Assembly: GCA_964010765.1 (NCBI GenBank)
Contig: CAXGMD010000002.1
Location: 1-64,000 of the forward strand
Reading direction: 5' to 3'
From: an uncultured bacterium
Lineage (GTDB): Bacteria; SAR324; NAC60-12
DNA: 64,000 nucleotides
Below the pieces are notes generated by a model. That model made no database searches. It was not told the DNA's origin and was given only the letters and a program-made list of their open reading frames with translations. Positions within the stretch are counted from its first letter, which is position 1. Every line of letters begins with the position of its first letter. This document shows positions 9,716-19,477 of this stretch, in pieces. Made by a program: the position numbers and the translations under genes.

Positions 9716-10996
9716 ATGTTCAAGAAACTAAAAAAATTTGCGACCGGTTTTGCGCTGACCGCAGGGGTCTGTTTTGCCTCAGCAGTAGTTTATGCACAAA
9801 CTGAGTTGACAATGTACTATCCGGTGGCCGTTGGTGGTCCACTGACGAAAATCGTGGATGGGATCGTTGAGGATTTCATGAAGGAAAACCCTGACATTAA
9901 AGTCAGCGCAATTTATGCGGGAAATTACAATGATGCCCGAATCAAAGCGCTTGCTGCTCTCAAGAGCGGGCAGCCTGCTCAGTTGTCCGTGATGTTTTCC
10001 ATTGACATCTATGAATTGATTGAGCAAGACGCGATCGTCGCATTTGATGACATCGTCTCCACGACAGAAGACAAGGCGTGGTTGGATTCCTTTTATCCGA
10101 CCCTCATGGAAAATGGCCGTACTGCCGGCAAAACTTGGGGCATTCCCTTTCAGAGGTCCACTATTGTGATGTATTACAATAAGGATGCATTCCGTGAGGC
10201 GGGCTTGGATCCAGAGAATCCTCCTGCAACGTGGTATGAGTTGGTGGAAGCTGGAAAAAAACTGACAGCCAGTGATGGCTCAAAGTGGGGTATGATGATT
10301 CCATCCACAGGTTACCCATACTGGATGTTTGGAGCTCTGACGATGCAAAACGATCAAGTTTTGATGAGTGGCTCTGGAGATCAAACATATTTTGATGCAT
10401 CCGGGACTGTTGACGCTCTGCAATTCTGGAAAGATCTTGGATCCAAGCACAAGGTGATGCCAGAAGGGACCATTGAATGGGGTACATTGCGTCAGAATTT
10501 CTTGGAGGGCAAAACCGCAATTATGTGGCACTCTACGGGTAACCTGACTACGGTCAAGAACAACGCCAAGTTTGATTTCGGTGTGGCTATGTTACCTGCA
10601 AACAAACGTAGAGGAACCCCAACCGGCGGAGGAAACTTCTATATCTTCAAGCAGACATCGGAAGCAGAGCGGGTTGCTGCAATGAAGCTGATCAAGTTCA
10701 TGACTAACCCTGAGCGATCAGCAGAATGGTCCATCAAAACAGGTTACATGGGTGTAAGTCCGGCCGCCTATCAGACTTCTCAGCTTAAGGACTATGTCGT
10801 TGACTTTCCCTATGCAGCTGTGGCTCGAGATCAGTTGAATTATGCAACAGCAGAACTCTCTACATTCGAAACAGGAAGAATTCGAAAGGCCTTGGATGAT
10901 GCTATTCAGGCAGCCTTGACGGGGGCAAAATCCCCGGAAGCCGCCTTGAAAGAAGCCCAATCTACGGCTGATCGATTACTGCGTTCTTATCGTTAA
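9716..10996 (+). CDS. ABC transporter substrate-binding protein (UgpB-like, glycerol-phosphate/glycerophosphodiester class)
   Basis: Signal peptide ending VYA-Q; GIPFQRSTIVMYYNKDAF, PTGGGNFYIF; position in the operon. Confidence 0.88.
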   Translation: MFKKLKKFATGFALTAGVCFASAVVYAQTELTMYYPVAVGGPLTKIVDGIVEDFMKENPDIKVSAIYAGNYNDARIKALAALKSGQPAQLSVMFSIDIYELIEQDAIVAFDDIVSTTEDKAWLDSFYPTLMENGRTAGKTWGIPFQRSTIVMYYNKDAFREAGLDPENPPATWYELVEAGKKLTASDGSKWGMMIPSTGYPYWMFGALTMQNDQVLMSGSGDQTYFDASGTVDALQFWKDLGSKHKVMPEGTIEWGTLRQNFLEGKTAIMWHSTGNLTTVKNNAKFDFGVAMLPANKRRGTPTGGGNFYIFKQTSEAERVAAMKLIKFMTNPERSAEWSIKTGYMGVSPAAYQTSQLKDYVVDFPYAAVARDQLNYATAELSTFETGRIRKALDDAIQAALTGAKSPEAALKEAQSTADRLLRSYR

Positions 10997-11002
10997 TTTC
11001 AA

Positions 11003-11032
11003 TTGACGGTCCGACGTTGCTTGGACCGTCAA
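11003..11032 (+). other. Intercistronic hairpin after the substrate-binding gene
   Basis: TTGACGGTCC...GGACCGTCAA, a 10-bp perfect stem with no U-tract. Confidence 0.55.
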
Positions 11033-11058
11033 CACCCATCCCACAAAAATTTCTTTTC

Positions 11059-11943
11059 ATGCGATCTAATGGTCCGGGAATGCGACATGTATACGGGTGG
11101 TTGTTGCTGACTCCGGCTGCTATTTTGCTGATTGCATTCACCCACTATCCCACCATAGCGACCCTCATTGACAGCTTTTTTTCCAAGTCCTCAGCCATCC
11201 GACCCAGTCGATTTATTGGGGTGGGCAATTATGAAGCAATGTTAGAGGATCCGATTTTTTGGAAGGTACTGTTCAACAATCTGTGGTTTGCGTTGGGAAC
11301 CATTCCTACTTCGGTTGCGATTGCGATTGTAATGGCCCTTCTCGTAAATCGTTCCTTGCCTGGCCAAGGCTTTTTGAGGATGGCTTATTTTACACCAACG
11401 ATCCTACCGATGATCGCTGTTGCCAATATCTGGTTATTCTTCTACACGCCAGAAATTGGTTTGATCGATCAGATCTTACAAGGACTTGGCCTGTCTGGGC
11501 ACAATTGGCTGGGTGATCCAGATACCGTTCTGGGTGCGGTCATTGTGATGACAGTATGGAAAGAGGCGGGTTTCTTCATGATCTTCTATCTCGCAGCTCT
11601 GCAACATCTCCCAAAAGAATTGGAAGAAGCTGCAAAATTAGAAGGCGCGTCTCGATGGTATTTCTTTTGGCGTGTTACTTTCCCTTTGTTGATGCCAACA
11701 ACTCTTTTTGTTTTGATCAACGCGGTTTTGAATTCCTTCAAACTTGTCGACCATCTTTTTGTTCTGACGAAGGGAGGGCCTGACAACGCTAGTAATCTTT
11801 TGCTCTACTATATCTACGAAAACGCTTTCTCCTTCTTTGATCCAAATTACGCTTCCACGCTGACAGTAGTGCTGTTGGCTCTTCTAGCAATTTTAGCTTT
11901 GCTTCAGTTTTTCCTCTTGGATCGAAGGATTCATTACAGATGA
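11059..11943 (+). CDS. Carbohydrate ABC transporter permease (UgpA/MalF-like)
   Basis: Multiple TM helices; EAA loop LEEAAKLEGAS; LTKGGP. Start 11059 or 11080. Confidence 0.9.
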   Translation: MRSNGPGMRHVYGWLLLTPAAILLIAFTHYPTIATLIDSFFSKSSAIRPSRFIGVGNYEAMLEDPIFWKVLFNNLWFALGTIPTSVAIAIVMALLVNRSLPGQGFLRMAYFTPTILPMIAVANIWLFFYTPEIGLIDQILQGLGLSGHNWLGDPDTVLGAVIVMTVWKEAGFFMIFYLAALQHLPKELEEAAKLEGASRWYFFWRVTFPLLMPTTLFVLINAVLNSFKLVDHLFVLTKGGPDNASNLLLYYIYENAFSFFDPNYASTLTVVLLALLAILALLQFFLLDRRIHYR

Positions 11944-12776
11944 CTGAACAACTCCGTTCCCCGAGAAATTGGGCATATTCCAATGGATTAGAAACTGTTG
12001 GTGCTTGGTTGCTGGCACTCCTTTGGATCTCACCCCTGCTCTATGCCTTTTGGGCAGCCTTCCACCCTAGTGAATATGCTGTCAACTTTGAGTTACTTGC
12101 TCCAGTTACGCTCAATAATTTTGGGGAGGCGCTTTCTCAGGCACCTTTTCTACAATATGGCTTGAACACCTTCATGCTAGTAACAATGCTTCTAGCATCA
12201 CAATTGATTGTATGTACATTGGCTGCTTACGCCTTTGCTCGATACCAATTTGCCGGACACAACATCGCCTTTTCTTTGGTGCTAGTGCAGTTGATGATTA
12301 CCCCTGAAATCCTTATCGTTGAAAACTACAGCACTCTTGCAGACCTCAGCTTGGTGGATACCATCACCGGAATTGGGCTGCCCTATATGGCCAGTGCTTT
12401 TGGGATTTTTTTGTTGAGGCAAGCATTCAAATCTACTCCCAAAGAGTTAGAAGAAGCAGCTCGCTTGGAAGGGTGTGGGGTGTTTGGTGTTCTGTGGCGG
12501 GTTTATGTTCCTTTGGCGAAACCGACCTACCTTGCCTACGGATTGGTCTCCATCAGTCACCACTGGAATAATTTTTTGTGGCCTTTGATTGTGAGTAATT
12601 CCGTGGAGACACGACCTCTTACAGTCGGATTAGGGGTTTTTGGAGCACCAGAATCAGGAGTCGATTGGTCCATTGTTTCGGCGGCAACCCTGCTTTCAGT
12701 TGCTCCATTAATGATAGCGTTCCTGCTGTTTCAAAGACAGTTTATCCAGTCCTTCATGCATTCTGGAATCAAGTAG
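11940..12776 (+). CDS. Carbohydrate ABC transporter permease (UgpE/MalG-like)
   Basis: LEEAARLEGCG, HWNNFLWPL; overlaps the upstream stop. Confidence 0.92.
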   Translation: MTEQLRSPRNWAYSNGLETVGAWLLALLWISPLLYAFWAAFHPSEYAVNFELLAPVTLNNFGEALSQAPFLQYGLNTFMLVTMLLASQLIVCTLAAYAFARYQFAGHNIAFSLVLVQLMITPEILIVENYSTLADLSLVDTITGIGLPYMASAFGIFLLRQAFKSTPKELEEAARLEGCGVFGVLWRVYVPLAKPTYLAYGLVSISHHWNNFLWPLIVSNSVETRPLTVGLGVFGAPESGVDWSIVSAATLLSVAPLMIAFLLFQRQFIQSFMHSGIK

Positions 12777-12799
12777 TCATTCTTTTAACCAAAGATTAC

Positions 12800-13771
12800 T
12801 TAAAAACCTACTGGCACATGAGGGATATAGGGTGCTTCCAACCTGTCAATCATTTCTTGATCCAGCACTAAGTCCAAACCACCGAGCATTTGCTCAAACT
12901 GTTCTGACCTCGTATAACCGATAATTGGTGCTGCTACTCCTTCCTTCTGACGAATCCAAGCCAAAGCGACTTGTACCATTGGGCGGCTAATTTCTTGGGC
13001 TATTGCTTCAACATTACTGATTACAGCGTTGTCGGCATCAATCGTGTTGGAATACATATTTTCAAGGACGTTGTCAGTTTCAGCCCTTGCTGTTGAGATA
13101 CCAACTGGACGGGCCAATTTACCTCGAGCAATTGGGGACCATGGAATCAGGCCGACACCCTGATCCAAACAAAGTGGAATCATCTCGCGTTCCTCCTCAC
13201 GATAAATCAGGTTGACCTGATTCTGCATACTTGTGAAGCGAGTCCATCCATTCTCCTTGGCAACTTGCTGGGCTTTGGCGAATTGCCAGGCATACATTGA
13301 AGAAGCCCCGATGTATCTTGCTTTCCCAGCACGAACTACATCATTCAAAGCCTCCATGGTTTCCTCGATCGGGGTAACTGGGTCCCAGCGGTGTATCTGA
13401 TAGAGATCCACGTAATCAGTTTGTAGCCGTTTTAATGAGTTATCAATTTGCCGCATGATGATTCTACGTGACAATCCCCGCCAATTCGGATCCTCATCTC
13501 CAAAGACCTTGGTTGCCAAAACAATCTCATCCCGTTTAACCCACTTCCATAGCACTCTTCCAAGAATCTCCTCCGAAGAGCCGTCTGAGTAAACATTGGC
13601 GGTGTCGAAAAAATCAATGCCGGCATCAAGTGCCTGCCGAATCAGGGGTTTTGATTGTTCTTCAGGGAGAGTCCAGGCATGATTTCCGCGCTTGGATTCT
13701 CCAAAGGTCATACAACCAAGACAAAGCTCTGAGACAAACAATCCTGATTTACCAATTCGTTTTCTTTCCAT
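12800..13771 (-). CDS. Aldo/keto reductase (YajO-like)
   Basis: LCLGCMTFG, FFDTANVYS, LATKV, DLYQIHRWD, GKARYIGAS, PWSPIARG. Confidence 0.92.
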   Translation of the reverse strand: MERKRIGKSGLFVSELCLGCMTFGESKRGNHAWTLPEEQSKPLIRQALDAGIDFFDTANVYSDGSSEEILGRVLWKWVKRDEIVLATKVFGDEDPNWRGLSRRIIMRQIDNSLKRLQTDYVDLYQIHRWDPVTPIEETMEALNDVVRAGKARYIGASSMYAWQFAKAQQVAKENGWTRFTSMQNQVNLIYREEEREMIPLCLDQGVGLIPWSPIARGKLARPVGISTARAETDNVLENMYSNTIDADNAVISNVEAIAQEISRPMVQVALAWIRQKEGVAAPIIGYTRSEQFEQMLGGLDLVLDQEMIDRLEAPYIPHVPVGF

Positions 13772-13954
13772 TTTTCTACTTAATCTAAGGGCTTAATTAT
13801 AAAAAAACGAGTCTGCAGTAGGGTTTCGAAATCTTTCCAGGAGTGATAATTCGCAAATATTAGTTGAAGATCTGCACAAATGTTTTGGTGGGAGTTATAA
13901 GAATTTTTTCAATTATGAAAGTCTAACAATTTGAAAAATTCAAATACTGGAGAT

Positions 13955-16069
13955 TCAAGACCGCTCCTTTTCCAAGCATTTTTCAATATAGATTTTGGTA
14001 GGATAGTCAATGGGGTATTGATCCCCAATCTTTGTGAAGAGTTTCTTAGCCCCTTGGAAATTGCCAGCTTGAAACAGGCTAAGTGCGGTCATGAACTCTC
14101 CTGAGAATTGGATTTGATCTTCGGTTGCCTGCTTTATAGATTCAACCAATTCATAGATTTCCACTTCTTGTTGCTTACCCTTCACGGCGACGGAACCAAG
14201 CGGCCTGAAAAGAAATTCCTTTTCTGCAGCATCACGAGTGTCACTGCTAACGATGATTTCCGTCTTATAGATCTTGTTGACACCCTCAAGACGACTGGCC
14301 AGATTCACACTGTCACCTACAACAGTGTAATTCATTCGACTCTGCGAACCGAGGTTGCCAACAAGGGTTACACCAGTATGGATCCCAAATCGTGACCAAA
14401 AAGGCTTCTTGCCTTTTAACTCCCATGACTGATTCATTTCCTGAATCCCCTTGCTGCAGCTTAATGCGGCATGACAGGCATGAATTGCGTGTTGTTCAGA
14501 AGATACTGGGGCTCCCCAAAATGCCATGACTCCGTCTCCAAGATACTTGTCAACAGTACCATGATTGAGTCTGATCGTTTCCGCCAACATACCTAGATAG
14601 TCTGACAACTGAAGCATCAGGGGTTCAGGATCCAAATTTTCTGAGATCGTGGTGAAATTGGCTATGTCGATAAACATGATGGTTAAAGTACGTTCATTCC
14701 CACCAAGATTCGCTCCTTCTCCACGCTCTATGAGTTGACGTACCAATTCCGAGGGGATATAAGCTTGGAAAGCTTTTATACTGTTCCTCATGGCCGTCAT
14801 TCCCTGACTGAGATCGTGAACTTCGCTAATTGCCGAATCTAATTTGAATTCTCCATCAAGTTCTAACTTCCCAATTTTCTTTTGCTCTCGAGTAATGGTT
14901 TCAATTGGTTTTGAAATATTGTTTGATAACCACCAAGCTGTCCCAATTGACAAAGATAAAATAAACAATGATATTAATATAATGGCTTGCTGAATTTCAC
15001 TAAAAAAACCAATAAAATCATTCTCAGGGACAACGATTACAATTCGCCAATCTTTACCGAACTCTGCTGGAAAAGTTGTGAAAGCTGATAAATAGTTAAT
15101 CCCGTTTTCAGTGACAGAGAAAGAATTTTTGCCAGTTTCAAAATAAGTGCTTATTGCTTTTTGAAGATAAGGCAATTCTAACTCTGTGTATTGAATAGTC
15201 CTGAGTTTATCATTCTCCATTTTCACAAGGTTGATCTTCGGAAAGGCTATAACTTCTCCCTCTCGATCAATAATTAAGACGAGACCCTTTCTGCCAACTT
15301 TTTGGTCTTCAAGAAAGACTGAGAGTCTATCTAATTCTATATCGACCCCCACTACACCAATTAGTTCTCCAGATGCATTAAAATATGGTTCAGCAACCGT
15401 AATCCCGGGCTTCTTTGCTGTAAAAAAAATGTAGGTGTCAGACCAGAAGATCTTCTGAGCTTTCTGGGCACCCTGATACCAAGGTCTAAGCCTCGGATCG
15501 TAGTTGTCATCCTTATTTACTCTAATTTCAGTGAGTTCACCCGCAGCGTCAAAATGCTTCCAAAAACTATTCTGGATGACACTTGTATTTTGATCCCTGA
15601 TGATATTTAAATCTTGTAAACCTTTTTCTTCAAGAAGGTTCAGGAATTTGGGTAAGAGTTCACCTGAAGGATCAATTACTTTGATTCCAGCTTTCCCATT
15701 TTCCATTTGCTTTGCAAATAAGAACCGTCCTTGTATGTCTCCCACAAAGATTCCTGAGATATGTGAATGCAATTTCAGCATATTCAGGGCGTGAGCTCCA
15801 AAATGAGTTTGGATGGAGTCATTATTTCGGAGAGAAATTTGTAGTTTGCCAGGATTGTCAGCAAAATTTTTTGCTATTTGGACTGCAGGGTTTAGGAAGG
15901 TGATTGTTGCGTCACTTACATTTTTCGTGATTACAGAGAAGAGATCTTGGGTGATTTGGTTTATACCATCGAATGCCTGTTTTTGAGTGTAAAGGAAGAT
16001 AACCAATACAGTTGTTATCAAAAGGGCAGAGAAAGCGACGATAATTTTTACTTTTAGTTTAACTTTCAA
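13955..16069 (-). CDS. Membrane class III adenylate/guanylate cyclase with Cache-type sensor and HAMP-like linker
   Basis: Two TM segments; Cache motif YDPRLRPWY...WSDTY; cyclase motifs MFIDIANFT, DKYLGDGVMAFWG, YTVVGDSVNLASRLEG (Lys/Thr pattern suggests ATP). Confidence 0.9.
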   Translation of the reverse strand: MKVKLKVKIIVAFSALLITTVLVIFLYTQKQAFDGINQITQDLFSVITKNVSDATITFLNPAVQIAKNFADNPGKLQISLRNNDSIQTHFGAHALNMLKLHSHISGIFVGDIQGRFLFAKQMENGKAGIKVIDPSGELLPKFLNLLEEKGLQDLNIIRDQNTSVIQNSFWKHFDAAGELTEIRVNKDDNYDPRLRPWYQGAQKAQKIFWSDTYIFFTAKKPGITVAEPYFNASGELIGVVGVDIELDRLSVFLEDQKVGRKGLVLIIDREGEVIAFPKINLVKMENDKLRTIQYTELELPYLQKAISTYFETGKNSFSVTENGINYLSAFTTFPAEFGKDWRIVIVVPENDFIGFFSEIQQAIILISLFILSLSIGTAWWLSNNISKPIETITREQKKIGKLELDGEFKLDSAISEVHDLSQGMTAMRNSIKAFQAYIPSELVRQLIERGEGANLGGNERTLTIMFIDIANFTTISENLDPEPLMLQLSDYLGMLAETIRLNHGTVDKYLGDGVMAFWGAPVSSEQHAIHACHAALSCSKGIQEMNQSWELKGKKPFWSRFGIHTGVTLVGNLGSQSRMNYTVVGDSVNLASRLEGVNKIYKTEIIVSSDTRDAAEKEFLFRPLGSVAVKGKQQEVEIYELVESIKQATEDQIQFSGEFMTALSLFQAGNFQGAKKLFTKIGDQYPIDYPTKIYIEKCLEKERS

Positions 16070-16218
16070 TGAAGCCTGCCAAGTAATTATTTATTAACGA
16101 TGGGTTATCTCAATTGCTCAATTGATTTTGAAAGTAAAACTAACATTCCGTTCAGAAAAGTAAATCAGTAGTCGGGTTTTTTGTTGGGTTTTTACAGATA
16201 TTCCATTCCTCATGATAC

Positions 16219-17265
16219 TCAATGGGGAGCATGCCCAAGGGTTCCCCTGAATTGAATAGTGGTTTGAAGTTTTTCACTTTTCTCGAATTTTTCACCGTTG
16301 ATCAGTGAAACCAGAATCTGGGCAGCTCGGGTACCCATTTTACGGTGAGGTACATGTACAGTGGTTAGTGCTGGGTCCACCACTTGTGCTAATTCGATAT
16401 CATCAAAACCCGTGATAGAGAGATCATAAGGAATTCTAAATCCCATCTCTTTGGCTTTTCTTAAAGCACCGACTGCCAAGACGTCATTACCTCCAATCAC
16501 AACGGTTGGTCTCTCTTCGGCCCCCATGATTTTCTCGAAAGCTTTTGAGCCATTTTCAATGGAGTAGTTCGTCTGCACCAATTGAAGATTCCTTTCTGGT
16601 AGATCAGCCTTTTTCATGGCTTCCTGAATACCCTTCAAGCGATTCCTTGCTCGATCATTATTTTTTAGTGAGGCTGTGATGAAGCCAATTTTTCGATGGC
16701 CAAGCTCTAATATCTTTTTGGTCAAGTTATTCATGGCTTCGACGTTATTGAAGCCAATAGCTGGCCGAGATTCAGATGGATCGAAAGCCCATGTTACCAG
16801 AACTGGAATTTTACGATTTCTCAAAAACTCATAAATTACAGGATTGCGGTCGTACCCAATTAGCAATAATCCTTCCGCACCTCGAGCAATCAGGTTTTTG
16901 ATCTGCTCTTCTTCTCTTACTGGTTTATAGGAAGAACTGGCTACTAATAAGGTAAAGCCATGGTTGCTTAGCTCTTCCTGAAAAGCTTGGATGCCTTTGG
17001 CAAATATCGAGTTCTCCATCGTAGGAATCACTGCACCAACCGTCTGAGTTCTACGTGCCGCCATGGCCCTGGCACCAAAATTTGGTGTATAGGATAGAGC
17101 ATCGATTGCTTTAAAAACTCTTTCTCTAGTGTTGGGGTCAACTCTTTCCGGACTGTTCAGACAGCGTGATACCGTCGCAGTCGAAACCTGAGCCTGTTCA
17201 GCAACATCAGCGAGAGTCGCGAGTTTCTCTGTGCTATTGTTCGACTTTTTTTTGTTGGAATTCAA
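16219..17265 (-). CDS. hpsR: LacI family regulator, probable HpsR of DHPS catabolism
   Basis: TLADVAEQAQVSTATVSR HTH, NDVLAVG, ITGFDD, PALTTV; divergent from hpsO/hpsP/suyAB. Symbol assigned from context. Confidence 0.8.
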   Translation of the reverse strand: MNSNKKKSNNSTEKLATLADVAEQAQVSTATVSRCLNSPERVDPNTRERVFKAIDALSYTPNFGARAMAARRTQTVGAVIPTMENSIFAKGIQAFQEELSNHGFTLLVASSSYKPVREEEQIKNLIARGAEGLLLIGYDRNPVIYEFLRNRKIPVLVTWAFDPSESRPAIGFNNVEAMNNLTKKILELGHRKIGFITASLKNNDRARNRLKGIQEAMKKADLPERNLQLVQTNYSIENGSKAFEKIMGAEERPTVVIGGNDVLAVGALRKAKEMGFRIPYDLSITGFDDIELAQVVDPALTTVHVPHRKMGTRAAQILVSLINGEKFEKSEKLQTTIQFRGTLGHAPH

Positions 17266-17342
17266 TTTTTTCTTTCCTGAAGAAAATTTATCAATTCAAA
17301 TGGTTAATAATATATAGCCAATTTTTTCCAAAATACTAGCCT

Positions 17343-17404
17343 ATGAAAGCGCTTGCATCAAAATTAATATTCGGTTATTTGATTTGCCATGTAAGCGTTT
17401 ACAT
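17343..17404. promoter_or_regulatory. Two LacI-type operators
   Basis: ATGAAAGCGCTTGCAT (17343-17358) and ATGTAAGCGTTTACAT (17389-17404); CG-centred palindromes with consensus ATGTAAGCGCTTACAT. Confidence 0.75.
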
Positions 17405-17453
17405 AGCGCTTACTGAAGCCATAATTTTGTGGTAATTCTTAATGGGAGAATGG

Positions 17454-17747
17454 ATGTATCTGACGATCATTCTGCTCGTTATTTTCTTTACAAATGTTTT
17501 GATGGGAACTTTGGGAGGACAGCCGGTTTTAGGTGACATCGGTGAAATGCTGCTGTTATTGGTAGCCTCCATAATTTTCACAATCACCATCTTGAAACAT
17601 GAGCGGATTGAGAGGATAGAACGAAATTACCTTTACTTGCGGAGGAAATTACCAAATCTTTTGGAAGTCCAGACATTTTGGTCCATGCAGCTGGAATTAA
17701 CCCGCGACAAACTGCAGACCAAGTCACCTCAGAACAATGGGAATTGA
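17454..17747 (+). CDS. Small two-TM membrane protein whose C-terminal half reads out of frame through hpsO sequence (probable deletion chimera)
   Basis: GGAG RBS then MYLTIILLVIFFTNVLMGTLGGQPVLGDIGEMLLLLVASIIFTITILKHE; sequence after about 17610 overlaps the SDR frame. Confidence 0.55.
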   Translation: MYLTIILLVIFFTNVLMGTLGGQPVLGDIGEMLLLLVASIIFTITILKHERIERIERNYLYLRRKLPNLLEVQTFWSMQLELTRDKLQTKSPQNNGN

Positions 17748-18172
17748 CACTCTGGTTGAACCTCTCGCTACCTTTTTTCCTCAGTGAATTGTTGATTGGA
17801 ACTATGCAGAAGAAAAGTTGGGGAAGAATCGTTAACTTTGCATCATTACAGACTACAAGGGCTTTCCCCGGTGGAATAGCTTACGGTGCTTCAAAGGGCG
17901 GTGTTGGACAATTGACCCGTGCAATGGCGGAAGCTTGGTCTAGAGATGGAATAAATGTCAATGCAATCGGCCCCGGATTTTTCCCAACTGAACTGACCAA
18001 GGCGGTTTTTGAAGATCCTGAAAGATCAGCTAGGAACGCAAATCAGACGTGCATTGGAAGAAACGGAAACTTGGAAGATTTAGATGGCCCACTGTTGTTC
18101 TTATGTTCGGAAGCATCTCGATTCGTAACTGGCCAAATTCTGATGGTAGATGGAGGATTTACCGCGAAATGA
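17612..18172 (+). pseudogene. hpsO: 5'-truncated short-chain dehydrogenase HpsO
   Basis: Frame opens after TGA at 17609: EDRTKLPLLAEEITKSFGSPDILVHAAGIN...WGRIVNFAS...YGASK...TGQILMVDGG. The Rossmann TGxxxGxG motif and a native start are missing. Confidence 0.8.
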
Positions 18173-19161
18173 AAGCTTTGATTTACACTGGTCCTGAAAA
18201 GGTGATCTACACAGATGCATCGGACCCAGATCCCCAACCAGAGGAAGCGCTGGTTCGAGTGGATAGTGTGGGCATTTGTGGTTCAGACATGCACGCATTT
18301 CTGGGTCATGATGAAAGGAGACCAGCTCCACTGATCCTCGGGCATGAGGCTGCCGGGGTTGTAGTGCAGGGGAAAATAGAAGGGAAACGTGTGACTTTTA
18401 ATCCCCTTGCTACGTGTGGTAAATGCCAAGCCTGTCTGCGTGGTCAGGACAATATTTGTCCAAGTCGGCAGATCATTTCGATGCAACCCCGACAAGGTGC
18501 GTTTGCAGAATTTGTAGCCATTCCTGAGGTCAATCTGGTTGAAGTGCCTGATCAAATTGATCTGAATCAGGCTGCACTGGCTGAACCCATAGCTTGTGGT
18601 TGGCACGCTGCAAAACTGAGCCAAAGAGGTATTTCAATCGATTTGGGGGCAGCTAATGCTCTGGTGATTGGAGGCGGAGCAATCGGAGTTAGTAGCGCCT
18701 TGAGTCTAAAAGCACTTGGAATTCCCGATGTTGTAGTGTGTGAACCCAATGAGATTCGCAGAAATTATCTCACTGAAAAATGTGGGCTTCAGATGGTTCA
18801 TTCCGATGAACTGGATGCAAAAACCTATTTTGATGTGGTCATTGACGGAGCAGGCTTCGAGTCAAGCCGTGAACTGGCATCAGCGAAAGTCCAACCAGGT
18901 GGAGTTATCGTTCACATTGGTTTAGGATCAGCCAAGGGAGGATTAGATATTCGGAGACTAACCCTCCAAGAGATCACCTTTATTGGTAGTTACACCTATA
19001 CTCACCAAGATTTCAGAGAGGCCGCCCAAGCAATGTTCGATGGTAGACTAGGCTCTTTGAATTGGGCTATCCAACGTCCTCTTTGGGAGGGACAGCAGGC
19101 TTTTGAAGAAATTAGATCTGGGAGCATTGCTGCTCCAAAAACCATTCTCAAACCTAACTAG
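18169..19161 (+). CDS. hpsP: Zinc-dependent alcohol dehydrogenase, probable DHPS dehydrogenase HpsP
   Basis: GICGSDMH, LGHE, CGKCQAC...C structural Zn site, GGGAIG; ATGA coupling to hpsO; sulfonate context. Confidence 0.82.
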   Translation: MKALIYTGPEKVIYTDASDPDPQPEEALVRVDSVGICGSDMHAFLGHDERRPAPLILGHEAAGVVVQGKIEGKRVTFNPLATCGKCQACLRGQDNICPSRQIISMQPRQGAFAEFVAIPEVNLVEVPDQIDLNQAALAEPIACGWHAAKLSQRGISIDLGAANALVIGGGAIGVSSALSLKALGIPDVVVCEPNEIRRNYLTEKCGLQMVHSDELDAKTYFDVVIDGAGFESSRELASAKVQPGGVIVHIGLGSAKGGLDIRRLTLQEITFIGSYTYTHQDFREAAQAMFDGRLGSLNWAIQRPLWEGQQAFEEIRSGSIAAPKTILKPN

Positions 19162-19174
19162 AAAGGAGAAGTCC

Positions 19175-19465
19175 GTGGCTGAAATTCCACATCTCTTGGT
19201 TCATGACCACAAAGACAATGTTGGTGTTGTGGTGGTGGAAGGCTTGACTGCTAATACCGACATGCTTTGTTGCATCACTGAAGATAACACTATCTTTCGT
19301 TTGACCTCTAAGATGGACGTTCCTATTGGTCATAAGATTGCGCTCCTGGATCTGAAGACCGGGGATACAGCAACAAAGTATGGAGAAGACATCGGTAAAA
19401 TAGTCGCTGACATTGCTCAGGGTGAGCATGTTCACACTCACAACTGCAAAACAAAGCGCTGGTAG
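19175..19465 (+). CDS. suyA: (R)-sulfolactate sulfo-lyase alpha subunit (UxaA SAF domain)
   Basis: GTG start after AAGGAG; VHDHKDNVGV, PIGHKIAL, KYGEDIG, GEHVHTHN. Confidence 0.85.
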   Translation: MAEIPHLLVHDHKDNVGVVVVEGLTANTDMLCCITEDNTIFRLTSKMDVPIGHKIALLDLKTGDTATKYGEDIGKIVADIAQGEHVHTHNCKTKRW

Positions 19466-19477
19466 GGAGAATTACGC

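Noticed and set aside
7819..12776. Assigning ugpBAEC / glpR gene symbols
   Set aside because: Family resemblance only; there is no adjacent glycerophosphodiesterase or glycerol gene to confirm the substrate.
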